A DNA stretch of 64,000 nucleotides, from contig DASZTO010000053.1 of the NCBI GenBank assembly GCA_035548175.1, positions 8,472 through 72,471 of the forward strand, written 5' to 3'. Both the position numbers and the translations under genes were made by a program. Positions 55,166-64,000 of the stretch are shown here, in pieces; position 1 is the stretch's first letter, and every line of letters starts with the position of its first letter. The notes beneath the pieces were generated by a model. The model did not search any database and was not told the origin of the DNA. It worked only from the letters and a program-made list of their open reading frames with translations. The stretch comes from Phycisphaerae bacterium. GTDB taxonomy: Bacteria; Planctomycetota; Phycisphaerae; WQYP01.

Positions 55166-56325
55166 CAGGGCTCCTTGCGGCGGCGCGCGACGAAAGGCCG
55201 GCGTGTGAAAGCTTTCTGGCCGTTGCGAAGGGCTTCTTCGAGCCGGCGTTCGGAGGGAAGAAGCAACCGGTATTCCGCCGCCATTACTTTATTGGGAAGG
55301 CCGTCGAGAGAGTAGCGGGCGACGGCCTGATTTTGGCGGGCGCAGAGGATGAGGCCGACGGGTGCGTTTTCATCGGGCTGGGTCCAGTGCTCGCTCGCGT
55401 AGTTGAGGTACATGTGCATTTGGCCGGCGTCGGCGTGGGTGAACTTGCCGACCTTGAGGTCGATGACGACGAGACATTTGAGGCGGCGATGAAAGAAGAG
55501 CAGATCGATGCGGTACCAGTCATCTCCGATGCGGAGACGGCGCTGGCGCCCGACGAAGGCGAAGTCGTTGCCGAGTTCGAGGAGAAATGTTTCGAGTTGG
55601 CGAATGAGAGCTTCTTCGAGATCGGATTCGGAGTATTCGTCTTTGAGGTCGAGGAATTCGAGAACGAAGGGATCCTTGATGGCTTGCTCGATCGTGAGAC
55701 GCTCATCGGCTCGGGTGCGGCGGCCATCGCGCAGGAGTTTGCCTTTATGGATCGACATAGAAGTCCGCTCGTAGAAGAGCGTGCTGATCTGGCGGTCCAA
55801 CTGGCGGACTGACCAGCCGCCGAGCATGGCTTCGCGTTCGTAAAACGCGCGCGCGTCAGGCGAATCCGCGCGCCGGACAAGAAGAACGTAATGTGACCAG
55901 GAAAGCGGAAAAACCGGCCCGGGCTGGGGAGGCCGGAGAAGGATCGCGGATTTCCGAGACACTGTCTCGGAAATCTCCTGTGGCAATTTCCGAGACACTG
56001 TCTCGGAAATGTTCTGAGGCGTCGAGTAGCAGAGATAAAATCGCCGCATGGTTTCCAGATTGTCGGCGGAAAATCCCCGGCCGTAGCGCTTGGTCAAATC
56101 GCGCGCCAAGCGCTTAAGCAGGCCTTCTCCGTATGCGGCGCGATTCTTTCCGGCCTGTTCAAATTCCACGATACGCCGGCCAATGTACCAGTAGCCGGTC
56201 GTCATCGCGGCGTTCACCTGCCGCGCCGCCGCCGTACGTGCGCCGGTCAGAAGGCGACAGACATCAGCAAGCATGCCGGCATATGCGGAGGAGACCAACG
56301 TGGTTTTCTTTTTCGCCGGTTTCAT
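55165..56325 (-). CDS. PDDEXK-family nuclease-like protein, YhcG/DUF1016 family
   Basis: Collinear with E. coli YhcG: WSHYVLL, AFYEREAMLGGWSVRQLDRQIS, KDPFVLEFLDL, SESDLEEALI, and catalytic D..(I/V)DLK (DLLFFHRRLKCLVVIDLKVGKFTHADAGQMHMYLNY). Start taken at MKPAKKK (56325). The longer version to 56415 would overlap the upstream gene. Confidence 0.8.
   Translation of the reverse strand: MKPAKKKTTLVSSAYAGMLADVCRLLTGARTAAARQVNAAMTTGYWYIGRRIVEFEQAGKNRAAYGEGLLKRLARDLTKRYGRGFSADNLETMRRFYLCYSTPQNISETVSRKLPQEISETVSRKSAILLRPPQPGPVFPLSWSHYVLLVRRADSPDARAFYEREAMLGGWSVRQLDRQISTLFYERTSMSIHKGKLLRDGRRTRADERLTIEQAIKDPFVLEFLDLKDEYSESDLEEALIRQLETFLLELGNDFAFVGRQRRLRIGDDWYRIDLLFFHRRLKCLVVIDLKVGKFTHADAGQMHMYLNYASEHWTQPDENAPVGLILCARQNQAVARYSLDGLPNKVMAAEYRLLLPSERRLEEALRNGQKAFTRRPFVARRRKEP
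55951..56009. repeat. 36-bp tandem duplication containing a perfect 23-bp palindrome (tttccgagacaCtgtctcggaaa) inside the yhcG-like CDS
   Basis: Copies at 55951-55973 and 55987-56009 are identical. They are translated in frame as ISETVSRKLPQE / ISETVSRKSAIL. Confidence 0.85.
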
Positions 56326-56353
56326 GGAGACTTCTATAGCGACTTGGACAAGT

Positions 56354-57832
56354 TTAATCGAGTTTTTTAAGCCAGATGTTGCGGGTCGAGACTTTCGTCG
56401 TGGCTTCGATTTCAATGCCGATGAGGCCGCGCTGGTTGTTCGAGGAATCGGGATCGTCGTCGATCATGGCGGACATGAGCCGGCCGTTGATGATGTGGAG
56501 GAAGGTTCCGCCGCGGGCGATGACGATGTACTGGTTCCAGTCATTTTCCTTGATGAACTTGCCGAGGTCGGCGCGGTCGCCGATGGCGCCCATGACGCGG
56601 CGCGGCCCCATGCCGAAGCCTTCGACGACCTGGCCGCGGAAGGCCATGATGCGCATCGGGGTATTTTCCGAATAGAACTGGCCGGAGTACATGGCGGTCG
56701 AATCGCGGCTGGGCCAGAAGTCGGCCTGGGGTCCGGTCATCATCCAGTCGAGGTTGACCGGCCCGTTGCTGGCGGTGACGTTGGGGGCGATCGCGGTGAG
56801 CCAGGGGATGCCGGTCTTGGAGCGGTACTGGATGCCGCTGCCGCCGGCGCCTTCGATTTTGATTTCGCACTTGAGGGTGAAATCTTTGGAGAGGCTGGTG
56901 CGGCAGGCGATGTAGGTGTTGCCGCTGGGATTTTCCGCGGTGGATTCGCCGACGATTGCGCCGTCTTCGACGCGCCAGAATTTCGGGTTGCCGTCCCAGC
57001 CGTTGAGCGTTTTGCCATCGAAGAGGGAGACGTAGCCGGTGTGGTCGTTGAAGTCGTAGGGGAGGGGCTCGTGGAAGGAGCCCGAGACGAGCACGCCGTT
57101 GTTGGCGGCGAGTGCGCGAAGCTGTTCTTCATCGAGTTTTACCGGCGAGCTTTGCAGGGCTGCGAGTTGCTTGGCGCGCAGGCTGGCGAGGCCGGCTTCT
57201 TCGACCGCCAGCAGCTCGACCTGCTGTTGGACCACGTGTTCATCCTGCATTTCAGCCAGCGCCGCATAGGTGATGCCGGTGCGGACGCGCGCGACGTCGG
57301 CCATCATTTTCTGCTGCGCGCCGGTGAAATCAGTAAGGGCGGTGACCTGCCTGGAGGTCATGTGGGGAATCTGCGGAGCGTTGGCGATGCGCGGGTTGGA
57401 CGCGGCGGCTTCGCGATCGGCGAGGGCCTTGATCTGCTCGGAAGTCAGCGGGGCATCGGACTGTTGTAACTTCTCGAGACCGGCGACACGGGCATAGGCG
57501 AGGGCGAGCTCAGCGGCGCTGACGGCGGCAAGTTTTTGCTGCACGTCCTTTTCGTCGGGCGCGGGAGCGAATTCGGCGGCGAGCAGATCGGTGCGGGCTT
57601 TGGCAAGGGCCTCGGTGGGCTGCGCGAGGGCGGAGGTCATGTCGGCGAGGGCGGACATCTGCCCGGGCGTTGCGCCGGGAACGGCGCCGCGCCCAAAGCC
57701 GCGGCCCCGCGCGGGAGCGGCGGCGGGCTGCGCGCCGGGTGTGGCCGTGCGTTCCTGCCCCCAGGCGACGCCGAAGAACCAGGCGGCGGTGGCGACGGCG
57801 GCGAGCGTGAGCAGGGTCGGCGCGGTTTTCAT
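56354..57832 (-). CDS. Secreted protein with C-terminal DUF1080 (3-keto-disaccharide hydrolase / LamG-like) domain
   Basis: Signal peptide. Helical repeat region. C-terminal FDGKTLNGWDGNPKFWRVEDGAIVGES...RGLIGIEIEATTKVSTRNIWLKKL matching the DUF1080 signature. Confidence 0.75.
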   Translation of the reverse strand: MKTAPTLLTLAAVATAAWFFGVAWGQERTATPGAQPAAAPARGRGFGRGAVPGATPGQMSALADMTSALAQPTEALAKARTDLLAAEFAPAPDEKDVQQKLAAVSAAELALAYARVAGLEKLQQSDAPLTSEQIKALADREAAASNPRIANAPQIPHMTSRQVTALTDFTGAQQKMMADVARVRTGITYAALAEMQDEHVVQQQVELLAVEEAGLASLRAKQLAALQSSPVKLDEEQLRALAANNGVLVSGSFHEPLPYDFNDHTGYVSLFDGKTLNGWDGNPKFWRVEDGAIVGESTAENPSGNTYIACRTSLSKDFTLKCEIKIEGAGGSGIQYRSKTGIPWLTAIAPNVTASNGPVNLDWMMTGPQADFWPSRDSTAMYSGQFYSENTPMRIMAFRGQVVEGFGMGPRRVMGAIGDRADLGKFIKENDWNQYIVIARGGTFLHIINGRLMSAMIDDDPDSSNNQRGLIGIEIEATTKVSTRNIWLKKLD

Positions 57833-57891
57833 GCGGAAACCTCGTGTCAGAGAGATGGGGCGTATTCGTACCTGCCGATCATTCGCCGACC

Positions 57892-58734
57892 TCAGTCGCC
57901 GAAGACCGGGCCGAGAAACGCCATGCTGGCCTCGGCGGCTTCGACGGGCCGATCGGGGCAGGTGTAGAGTTCAACGGTGAGGAAGCGGTCGTATTTGACG
58001 GATTGCAGGGCGCTCTTGAGGCCGCGCCAATCCAGCGTGCCCGTGCCGGGGATGAGGTGATAATGCTTGCGCCCGATGAGGTCCTCGACATGGCAGTTCC
58101 AGATGCGGCCATCCAGGAGCTTGATGGTGGCGGGCACCTCTTCGCCGATGACCACGCTGTGGCCGATGTCGAGGTTGGCGCCAAGCATCTTGCTGCCGAG
58201 GCGGTCGATCAGTTCGCGCAGTTCGCTCGCCCATTCGACCAGCAGGCCGGGCTCGCACTCGATGCCGATGCGCACCTTGAGTTTCTCGGCCGTCTCCAGC
58301 AGCGGCAGGAGGCCCTCGCGCAGTGTCTTCATGGCGACATCCGGCGGCATCGTCGGGAGCGCTTTGCCGGTGGTGATGCTGATGTTGTCGGCGCCCAGCG
58401 TCTTGGCGAACCAGAGCGTGTTGTGGATCATCGCGGCGCGATCGGCGCGCAGCTTGGGGTCGGGGGAGATCAGCGAGGGCTCGAAAAAGGGCTCGGGCGG
58501 GGGGTCCGACCAGTAGCCGAAAGTGCAGTTGGCGTTGATGTTGCTCACGGCGAGCTGGAGACGCTCGAGCTCGACGCGCAGGCCGGCGGCCTCCGCTTCG
58601 TCGTAGCGCGCGGGGTACCAGTGCGGCTTGTCGGCGAGGATTTCCACGCCCTTGTAGCCCGCGCCGGCGATGGCGCGCAGCGCATCCAGCAGCGAGTGGC
58701 GGACGAAGGCGTTGGTGGAAAAGGCGAGCTTCAT
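57892..58734 (-). CDS. Sugar phosphate isomerase/epimerase (xylose-isomerase-like TIM barrel)
   Basis: MKLAFSTNAF..., GYKGVEI, ...GIECEPGL..., LDIGHSVV motifs. Start at 58734, 5 nt after the upstream AKR stop. Confidence 0.75.
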   Translation of the reverse strand: MKLAFSTNAFVRHSLLDALRAIAGAGYKGVEILADKPHWYPARYDEAEAAGLRVELERLQLAVSNINANCTFGYWSDPPPEPFFEPSLISPDPKLRADRAAMIHNTLWFAKTLGADNISITTGKALPTMPPDVAMKTLREGLLPLLETAEKLKVRIGIECEPGLLVEWASELRELIDRLGSKMLGANLDIGHSVVIGEEVPATIKLLDGRIWNCHVEDLIGRKHYHLIPGTGTLDWRGLKSALQSVKYDRFLTVELYTCPDRPVEAAEASMAFLGPVFGD

Positions 58735-58738
58735 GGCG

Positions 58739-59797
58739 CTACTGCTTCCTTCCTTCTGCTGCTTTTTCGCCGGTGAGGATCCGCTCGATCTGCTGAAGTT
58801 CCTCCGCCGACAGCGGCGGCCCTTTGACGCCGTCGACGTTCTCCCTGATTTGCTCGGGCTTGCTGGCCCCGATGAGCACGCTGGCGACGATCGGATGCCG
58901 CAGCACCCAGGTGAGCGCCATCTGCGCGAGCGACTGGCCCCGGGCTTTGGCGAGGTCGTTGAGCCGGCGGATTTTGTCGAGCTTCTCGGCGGTGATCTGC
59001 GCGGGCTTGAGAAAGCCACCCAGCGTGGCGCGGGAATCCGCCGGAATGCCCTCCAGGTATTTGTCGGTGAGCATTCCCTGCGCCAGCGGCGAAAAGCAGA
59101 TCAGCCCGATCCCGAATTTCTCCGCGACCGGCAGCAGCTCGGGTTCGATCCAGCGCTCGAACATCGAATACTTGGGCTGGTGAATGATCGGCATGTGCCA
59201 GTCGTGCTGGCGGACGGTGGCCGCGACTTCCGCGGTCTGCCCGCCACGGTAATTCGAGATGCCCGTGTAGAGCGCCTTGCCCGAGCGCACCGCCTGTTCG
59301 AGGGCGCCCAGGGTTTCCTCGATCGGCGTGTGCGGATCGGGGCGATGGGAGTAATAAATATCGACATAATCCAGGCCGAGGCGCTTCAGCGAGGCGTCCA
59401 GCGACGCCAGCATGTATTTCCGCGAGCCCCAGTCGCCGTAGGGGCCGTCCCACATCGTGTAGCCCGCCTTCGTCGAGATGATCAGTTCATCCCGGTAGCG
59501 GCCGAAATCCTCGCGGACGATCCGCCCCACGCGCTCCTCCGCGGACCCCGGCGGCGGCCCGTAATTGTTCGCCAGATCAAAATGCGTGATCCCCACGTCA
59601 AACGCGGTGAACAGCATCCGCCGGCAATTTTCGTGAAAGGCGGCCTCATCGCCGTGATGCCCGGCGTCGGTGCCCGGCGCGCCGAAGTTGTGCCAGCACC
59701 CCAGCGACACCCCCGGCAAATGCAGGCCCGACCGGCCGCAGCGCCGGAAAAAACGCGTGTCGGCATAACGGTCGGGACTGGCGGCGTACTCGGTCAT
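58739..59797 (-). CDS. Aldo/keto reductase (YghZ / L-glyceraldehyde-3-phosphate reductase-like)
   Basis: LGCWHNFG, FDLANNYGPPPGSAEERVG, ISTKAGY, YSHRPD, and catalytic D/Y/K/H tetrad context. Confidence 0.85.
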   Translation of the reverse strand: MTEYAASPDRYADTRFFRRCGRSGLHLPGVSLGCWHNFGAPGTDAGHHGDEAAFHENCRRMLFTAFDVGITHFDLANNYGPPPGSAEERVGRIVREDFGRYRDELIISTKAGYTMWDGPYGDWGSRKYMLASLDASLKRLGLDYVDIYYSHRPDPHTPIEETLGALEQAVRSGKALYTGISNYRGGQTAEVAATVRQHDWHMPIIHQPKYSMFERWIEPELLPVAEKFGIGLICFSPLAQGMLTDKYLEGIPADSRATLGGFLKPAQITAEKLDKIRRLNDLAKARGQSLAQMALTWVLRHPIVASVLIGASKPEQIRENVDGVKGPPLSAEELQQIERILTGEKAAEGRKQ

Positions 59798-59922
59798 GGC
59801 ATCTCCAGATAGCGGGCGCCTCACGATACCGGCAGGCCGTGCGGGCGTCACCTTGCCAGGGAACTATTGCGCGGCCCGTGCGTTTAAGATGGATGAAGGA
59901 GCGGAACACTGGGAGGTGCGCG

Positions 59923-60783
59923 ATGCGGAAAGGATGGCTGGTTGCCTGGTTGCTGCCCATGGCGCTCGGACTTGCCGCCGCATGGCCCGCAGATCCGGAC
60001 ACGCGCCCCCTGGTGATCGCCCCCGCCGGCGTGGGCCCTGATCGGCGCATCGTCCAATTGCTCGGCGTCCCAGAGGCGTCGGACTGGAAGGGAGTGCCCC
60101 TCTACGTGCAGGAGACCGGCCTCGACGGGAACGGGATGGTCCAGGTGCGGTGGGAGCTGCGCAAGGCGGACACGCAGGAGCGCGTCGCCAGCGTCGACAT
60201 GCGGCTTCCGCCGATATTCGGCGGCCGCGGACGCAACACTGCCTCCCAGCCGCCCGATGGACAGCCCCATGGATTGCGCACCTCGATCATGGACGAGGCC
60301 GCCACGGTGCTCGACGGCCTGCCCGAGGGAAACTACGTGGCGGCGTTCGTGCTCGACGGAAAGCGGGTGTCCAACGTCGTGACCATCAAGCGCGTGGCGA
60401 AACATCAGGTCACCGACGAACCACTGGTGCGTGCGGCGGTGGCCGAACCGGTGATGCCCGGCGAACCGCCGGTCATCGGCGTCGTGGGCGTGAAGCGCAC
60501 GGACGCCGACCCGGACATGGGCCCCATGCAGCTCATGATGGCGGACCTGATCGTCGACGGGGAACACCATCCTCCGGGTGGCGGCGGATACAGCGGCCCG
60601 GGCGCACCCAAGGTCGGCGGGCGCATGCTCATGCCGGTGCAGCAGCGGCAAATCACCTGGGATGGGTCCGTGCCGCACACCGTGTCCCTGATCGTGGCCG
60701 GCAACGCGACCGCCCAGGTGACGGTGCCCCCGGGGGCGCCGCTGGCGGAGGCATGGGACAGGGCGACGCAAAAGGGCAAGTGA
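59923..60783 (+). CDS. Secreted hypothetical protein
   Basis: Signal peptide MRKGWLVAWLLPMALGLAAAWPA. No recognisable domain. Confidence 0.5.
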   Translation: MRKGWLVAWLLPMALGLAAAWPADPDTRPLVIAPAGVGPDRRIVQLLGVPEASDWKGVPLYVQETGLDGNGMVQVRWELRKADTQERVASVDMRLPPIFGGRGRNTASQPPDGQPHGLRTSIMDEAATVLDGLPEGNYVAAFVLDGKRVSNVVTIKRVAKHQVTDEPLVRAAVAEPVMPGEPPVIGVVGVKRTDADPDMGPMQLMMADLIVDGEHHPPGGGGYSGPGAPKVGGRMLMPVQQRQITWDGSVPHTVSLIVAGNATAQVTVPPGAPLAEAWDRATQKGK

Positions 60784-61056
60784 AGCGCCGGGACTCTCAA
60801 AAAAACGCAACGCGGCGTGCCGGGCGCGCCGCCGCGGGGTTCGGTCGCAGGGCCGACGGCTCTGTCCTTCTCCCAGGCAGAGCCGTCGGAGGGTGGGTGT
60901 TTGTACGGATAGATACGCGGCGAGGTTCGGGTTTCTGCGCAAAGCAGAAAAAAAAGTCGCGAAATTCGCGTTTGGAGGGCCTACGCCGGCCATTGGCGGC
61001 CGTAATGGTGTTAGAAAGGGCGGCTCGCTGGCGTCCTGACAAGTGGAGGAACACCT

Positions 61057-61632
61057 GTGGCCGAGGCTGTCGAGACCCTGGTAGAGCGGTCGCGGGCCGG
61101 GGATGCGAACGCATTTGCAGAGCTGATCGGGCGTTACGAGCGGTCGGCTCTGGCGGTCGCCTATGGGCTGCTCTCCGATGGTCACCGGGCCGGCGATGCG
61201 GTTCAGGAGGCGTTCCTGAAGGCCTGGCAGGAGCTGCCGCGACTCTCCGAGGCCAAACGCTTCGGGGGCTGGCTGATGCAGATCGTGCGGAACGCCGCCG
61301 TGGACATCCGTCGCCGCAAGGCCGGCGCCATCGGCAAGGCGCTCTCGAGCGGATCCGAAATGCCCGACATCGCCGCGCGTAACCCCGGCCCCGCGGCGCA
61401 CGTCGAAGAAGAGGAGCGGTCGCGGCGCGTGCGCGAGGCGCTCGGGTCGCTCGATGAATTGACCCGCACCATGGTCACCCTCCGGTATTACGAGGGCTTG
61501 AGTTCACAGGAGATCGGGGCGCGGCTCGACGTGACGCCCGCGGCTGTCGACATGCGGCTGAGCCGGGCGCGGGGCCGCCTCAAGGAAATGCTCGCCGAAG
61601 TGGTCTTGGGAGCGGCCCAGCCAGGAGAGTGA
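61057..61632 (+). CDS. ECF-type RNA polymerase sigma factor (sigma-70 family, group 4)
   Basis: GTG start preceded by GGAGGA. Region 2 FAELIGRYERSALAVAYGLL..DAVQEAFLKAW. Region 4 HTH LSSQEIGARLDVTPAAVDMRLSRARGRLKE. Confidence 0.85.
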   Translation: MAEAVETLVERSRAGDANAFAELIGRYERSALAVAYGLLSDGHRAGDAVQEAFLKAWQELPRLSEAKRFGGWLMQIVRNAAVDIRRRKAGAIGKALSSGSEMPDIAARNPGPAAHVEEEERSRRVREALGSLDELTRTMVTLRYYEGLSSQEIGARLDVTPAAVDMRLSRARGRLKEMLAEVVLGAAQPGE

Positions 61633-62180
61633 TGATGATGACGATGATGGACAGAGACGAGCCGCGGAAAGAAGCGGTCGAACGGGCGGTGGCGGCACAC
61701 CTGACGGCGGAGCTGGAGAGCCAGCGCGGTCGCGCCGCGGAAGCGTTTCGCGCGGCCCTCGCGGCCGGCGTGTTACGCACCGGGCCCGAAGCCGGGCCCG
61801 CGGAGGAAAATGCGGCCCGCAGCGTCGAAGCCCAGCGGCGCAGGGTGCGGCGAACCGTGTGGATCTGGGGCGGAATCCCCACCGCGCTGGCGGCTTGCGT
61901 GGCCGTGGCCGTCGGATTGCAAGTCTTCCTCGGTCAGCCGACCACCCACGTCGCGACCGGCGGCGAACCCCATCTGCAAGTGGCGCCCGCCGCCATGGAA
62001 GAAAGCGTCTGGCAGCGCGATGTCGACGGCGGCATGGTGATGGGCGACGAAGGCCCGATGAAAGTGCTCAAGGAACAAACCGTGCGGCAGCGGAGATGGG
62101 TCGATCCCCGGGATGGCGCGGTCTACAGCCTGACCGAGCCGGGCGAAAAAGTCGGTTACGTGCGGGTGAAGCCGTTCTGA
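61632..62180 (+). CDS. Probable anti-sigma factor (single-pass membrane protein)
   Basis: Start overlaps the sigma-factor stop (TGATG). One TM helix (TVWIWGGIPTALAACVAVAVGLQVFL) between a cytoplasmic N-domain and a periplasmic C-domain. Confidence 0.6.
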   Translation: MMMTMMDRDEPRKEAVERAVAAHLTAELESQRGRAAEAFRAALAAGVLRTGPEAGPAEENAARSVEAQRRRVRRTVWIWGGIPTALAACVAVAVGLQVFLGQPTTHVATGGEPHLQVAPAAMEESVWQRDVDGGMVMGDEGPMKVLKEQTVRQRRWVDPRDGAVYSLTEPGEKVGYVRVKPF

Positions 62181-62237
62181 AGAAAATCGCAAGCCAAGGA
62201 CCAGGAATCAAGGCGGGTGGAGGGCAAGAGGTGAATT

Positions 62238-63449
62238 ATGCGTAAAGCGTTTTCGGTGACGGCACTGGTCAGTTCGCTCGTGGCCGGATCGGCGCTGGGC
62301 GTGCCGGCCTATGCGGCCAAGGGACGTGAGGAGGGGCAGGCCATGGTGCACCAGGTTCGCCAGGATGAGCAGCTGGCCGAGGGCATGCGCGGATTGCACC
62401 GGCAGATGCTGGCGCAGGTCGAGGCGCTCCTCTCGCACGCGCTGTCCGAAAGCCCGGCCCATGACGCCGTCGCCGGGCCGGGAGGCGAAATGCTCGTCGC
62501 CGGTCCCGCCACAACGCCCGCCGCGCCGCCGGCCGCCGATCAGCCGATGGAGAAGGTGACCTTCCTCGGCGTGGCGACCGACCGCGTCTCCGCCGTGCTC
62601 GCCGAACAACTCAAGCTCGCCAGGGGCATCGGGCTGGTGGTGCTCTACGTCGAGAAGGGTTCGCCCGCCGATCAGGCGGGGCTGAAGCTGCATGACATCG
62701 TGGAAAAATTTGATGACCAGTGGGTGGTCAACCAGGAGCAGTTCACCGTGCTGGTGCGCATGAAAAAACCCGGCGATCAGGTGACGCTCACGGTGGTTCG
62801 CGCCGGCCAGCGCGTGCCGGTGAAAGTGACGCTGTCGGAAAAACAGGTGCCGGTCACCGGCGAGATGGCGCCCGCGATGGGGGAGGAAAACCCCCTCGGA
62901 GGATTCATGCCGCAGGGATTGGGGAAGGAAGGATCGCCTGCGCCGGGGTGGAGTTTTCAGCGCTCCAGCGTGCATGTCATGCCCGGCGGGGTGGTGGAGA
63001 AAAAGCTGGTGGACGATTCCGTGGACATCGATCTGAAACAGGCGTCGGATGGCAGCAAGACGCTGGTGGTGAAGGACCACGCGGGCAGGGAATTGTTCAA
63101 CGGCCCCTACAACACCCAGGCCCAGCGGGCGCAGGTGCCGGTGGTCGCCGCGGCGAAGGTCGCCTCCCTGGATGAGGGCGTGGCGCTGCAGGAAGCCGCC
63201 GGCGGAGGCGCGGGACGCATCGCCGTCGGACAAGGCGCCGCCAGAACCGCCGTCATGACCCGCACCGACGACCGGCACGTCATCATGCTGCAGGTCGACG
63301 GCGACAAAACCCGCGCCACCGTGCGCGACGGCAAAACCGGTGCGGTCATCTTCGACGGCCCCGTGGACACGCAGAAGGAAATAAACGCCATGCCCGACGA
63401 CGTCGCCGAAAAGGTCAACGCGATGAAGGAGAAGCTCGCGGGGCAGTGA
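62238..63449 (+). CDS. Secreted PDZ-domain protein
   Basis: Signal peptide. PDZ domain FLGVATDRVSAVLAEQLKLARGIGLVVLYVEKGSPADQAGLKLHDIVEKFDDQWV...VTLTVVRAGQRV. Confidence 0.65.
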   Translation: MRKAFSVTALVSSLVAGSALGVPAYAAKGREEGQAMVHQVRQDEQLAEGMRGLHRQMLAQVEALLSHALSESPAHDAVAGPGGEMLVAGPATTPAAPPAADQPMEKVTFLGVATDRVSAVLAEQLKLARGIGLVVLYVEKGSPADQAGLKLHDIVEKFDDQWVVNQEQFTVLVRMKKPGDQVTLTVVRAGQRVPVKVTLSEKQVPVTGEMAPAMGEENPLGGFMPQGLGKEGSPAPGWSFQRSSVHVMPGGVVEKKLVDDSVDIDLKQASDGSKTLVVKDHAGRELFNGPYNTQAQRAQVPVVAAAKVASLDEGVALQEAAGGGAGRIAVGQGAARTAVMTRTDDRHVIMLQVDGDKTRATVRDGKTGAVIFDGPVDTQKEINAMPDDVAEKVNAMKEKLAGQ

Positions 63450-63990
63450 GCGCATCGGCGGCGACGGGTTTCACATCGATCGCCCGCTGCTGCCCTGAAT
63501 GCGCCCCCCGGATCACCCAGTACGCGCCCACCAGGTTCCACAGAATCGGCAGGAAGCGCACCGCCTGCGCGAGCGCGATGGCTTGCGACGCCGTGGCCGG
63601 GCCGCGGTTCACGAAGAAATGATAGATGATGCCGTCGAGCAGCCCGAATCCCTGGGGCGGCGAGATCGGAAGGCTCGAGGCCAGCACCGCCACCGGGACA
63701 TATGCCAGGTAATACGTCAGCGACAGATGCATGCCAAAGGCCATGCCCGCCAGCGACGCCGACAGCGGCAGCGTGAACTGCGACGCCAGCGAGATCAGGA
63801 ACGCCCACGCAAGCAGCCCCGCATGATGCCGATAGGCGTGGAGCACTTCGTCGATGTGGCGGACGAACTCGGGCATGCGCGGATGCGCGAGGATTCTGGC
63901 CAGCCCCGTCGCGCGGCGCAACCGGTGAGAGAAGTACACCAGCGCCCCGCCGCCCAGTCCCGCCAGCCCGGCGAGAATAAAAATCAGCAC
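63415..63990 (-). CDS. Lysylphosphatidylglycerol-synthase-TM-region-like / UPF0104 flippase-like membrane protein (may continue past window end)
   Basis: Multi-TM hydrophobic profile with the GLLDGIIYHFFVNRG / LSLTYYLAYVP pattern. The ORF start is only 10 nt from the window edge. Confidence 0.45.
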   Translation of the reverse strand: MLIFILAGLAGLGGGALVYFSHRLRRATGLARILAHPRMPEFVRHIDEVLHAYRHHAGLLAWAFLISLASQFTLPLSASLAGMAFGMHLSLTYYLAYVPVAVLASSLPISPPQGFGLLDGIIYHFFVNRGPATASQAIALAQAVRFLPILWNLVGAYWVIRGAHSGQQRAIDVKPVAADALTAPRASPSSR

Positions 63991-64000
63991 CCGCAGCAGC

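Noticed and set aside
1-64000. CRISPR array, rRNA, integrase or transposase
   Set aside because: No regularly spaced direct repeats with unique spacers, no rRNA-like conserved blocks, and no recombinase motifs were seen on either strand.

Overview
This is a 64-kb window of a high-GC (~68%) bacterial chromosome. Its gene content fits a Verrucomicrobia/Planctomycetes-type organism (PEP-CTERM with dockerin-like repeats, DUF1080, many prepilin-like proteins, class-I xylose isomerase), but that phylum guess is inference. Every function below comes from reading motifs in the translated ORFs; no searches were run.

What is in the window:
- Housekeeping genes: miaA, mutS, thiL, metG, amtB-glnK, pyrE, xylA, one tRNA-Leu(GAG) and the RNase P RNA (rnpB).
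- A four-gene RND efflux operon (membrane-fusion protein, two tandem RND permeases, outer-membrane factor) with 4-nt ATGA overlaps between genes.
- A DNA-repair-flavoured operon on the minus strand: ogt, then an ATP-dependent DNA ligase with an N-terminal SWIM zinc finger, then an orphan ABC ATPase. It sits divergent to a pair of ABC exporter genes.
- A three-gene operon with 1-nt TGATG overlaps: a YhcG-like PDDEXK nuclease, a glutaredoxin-like protein and a 4HBT thioesterase.
- An ECF sigma factor, its anti-sigma factor and a PDZ protein.
- Several orphan pseudopilin-like genes, two tandem paralogous lipoproteins, and a hybrid histidine kinase.

No integrase, transposase, CRISPR array or rRNA was seen.

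The most unusual signals are at the DNA level:
- A heptanucleotide microsatellite (AGTCAGA)n occurs twice: in the miaA/histidine-kinase divergent promoter, and in frame inside mutS, which could make mutS phase-variable.
- A 36-bp tandem duplication that contains a perfect 23-bp palindrome lies inside the yhcG-like nuclease gene.
- An FGGY sugar-kinase gene is bracketed by low-GC spacers carrying repeated GGCCACGAAAA-type motifs.
- A-rich ACGCAAA patches are inserted in the histidine-kinase and mutS coding regions.
- Three G/C homopolymer runs of 10-14 nt occur, two of them in coding sequence where they encode poly-Gly.
- A Lys-rich compositional-outlier gene lies next to xylA.

I could not assign a function to the divergent pair at 24.5-26.8 kb.

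Many long ORFs in the provided track are Arg/Pro-rich mirror frames of real genes and were rejected.
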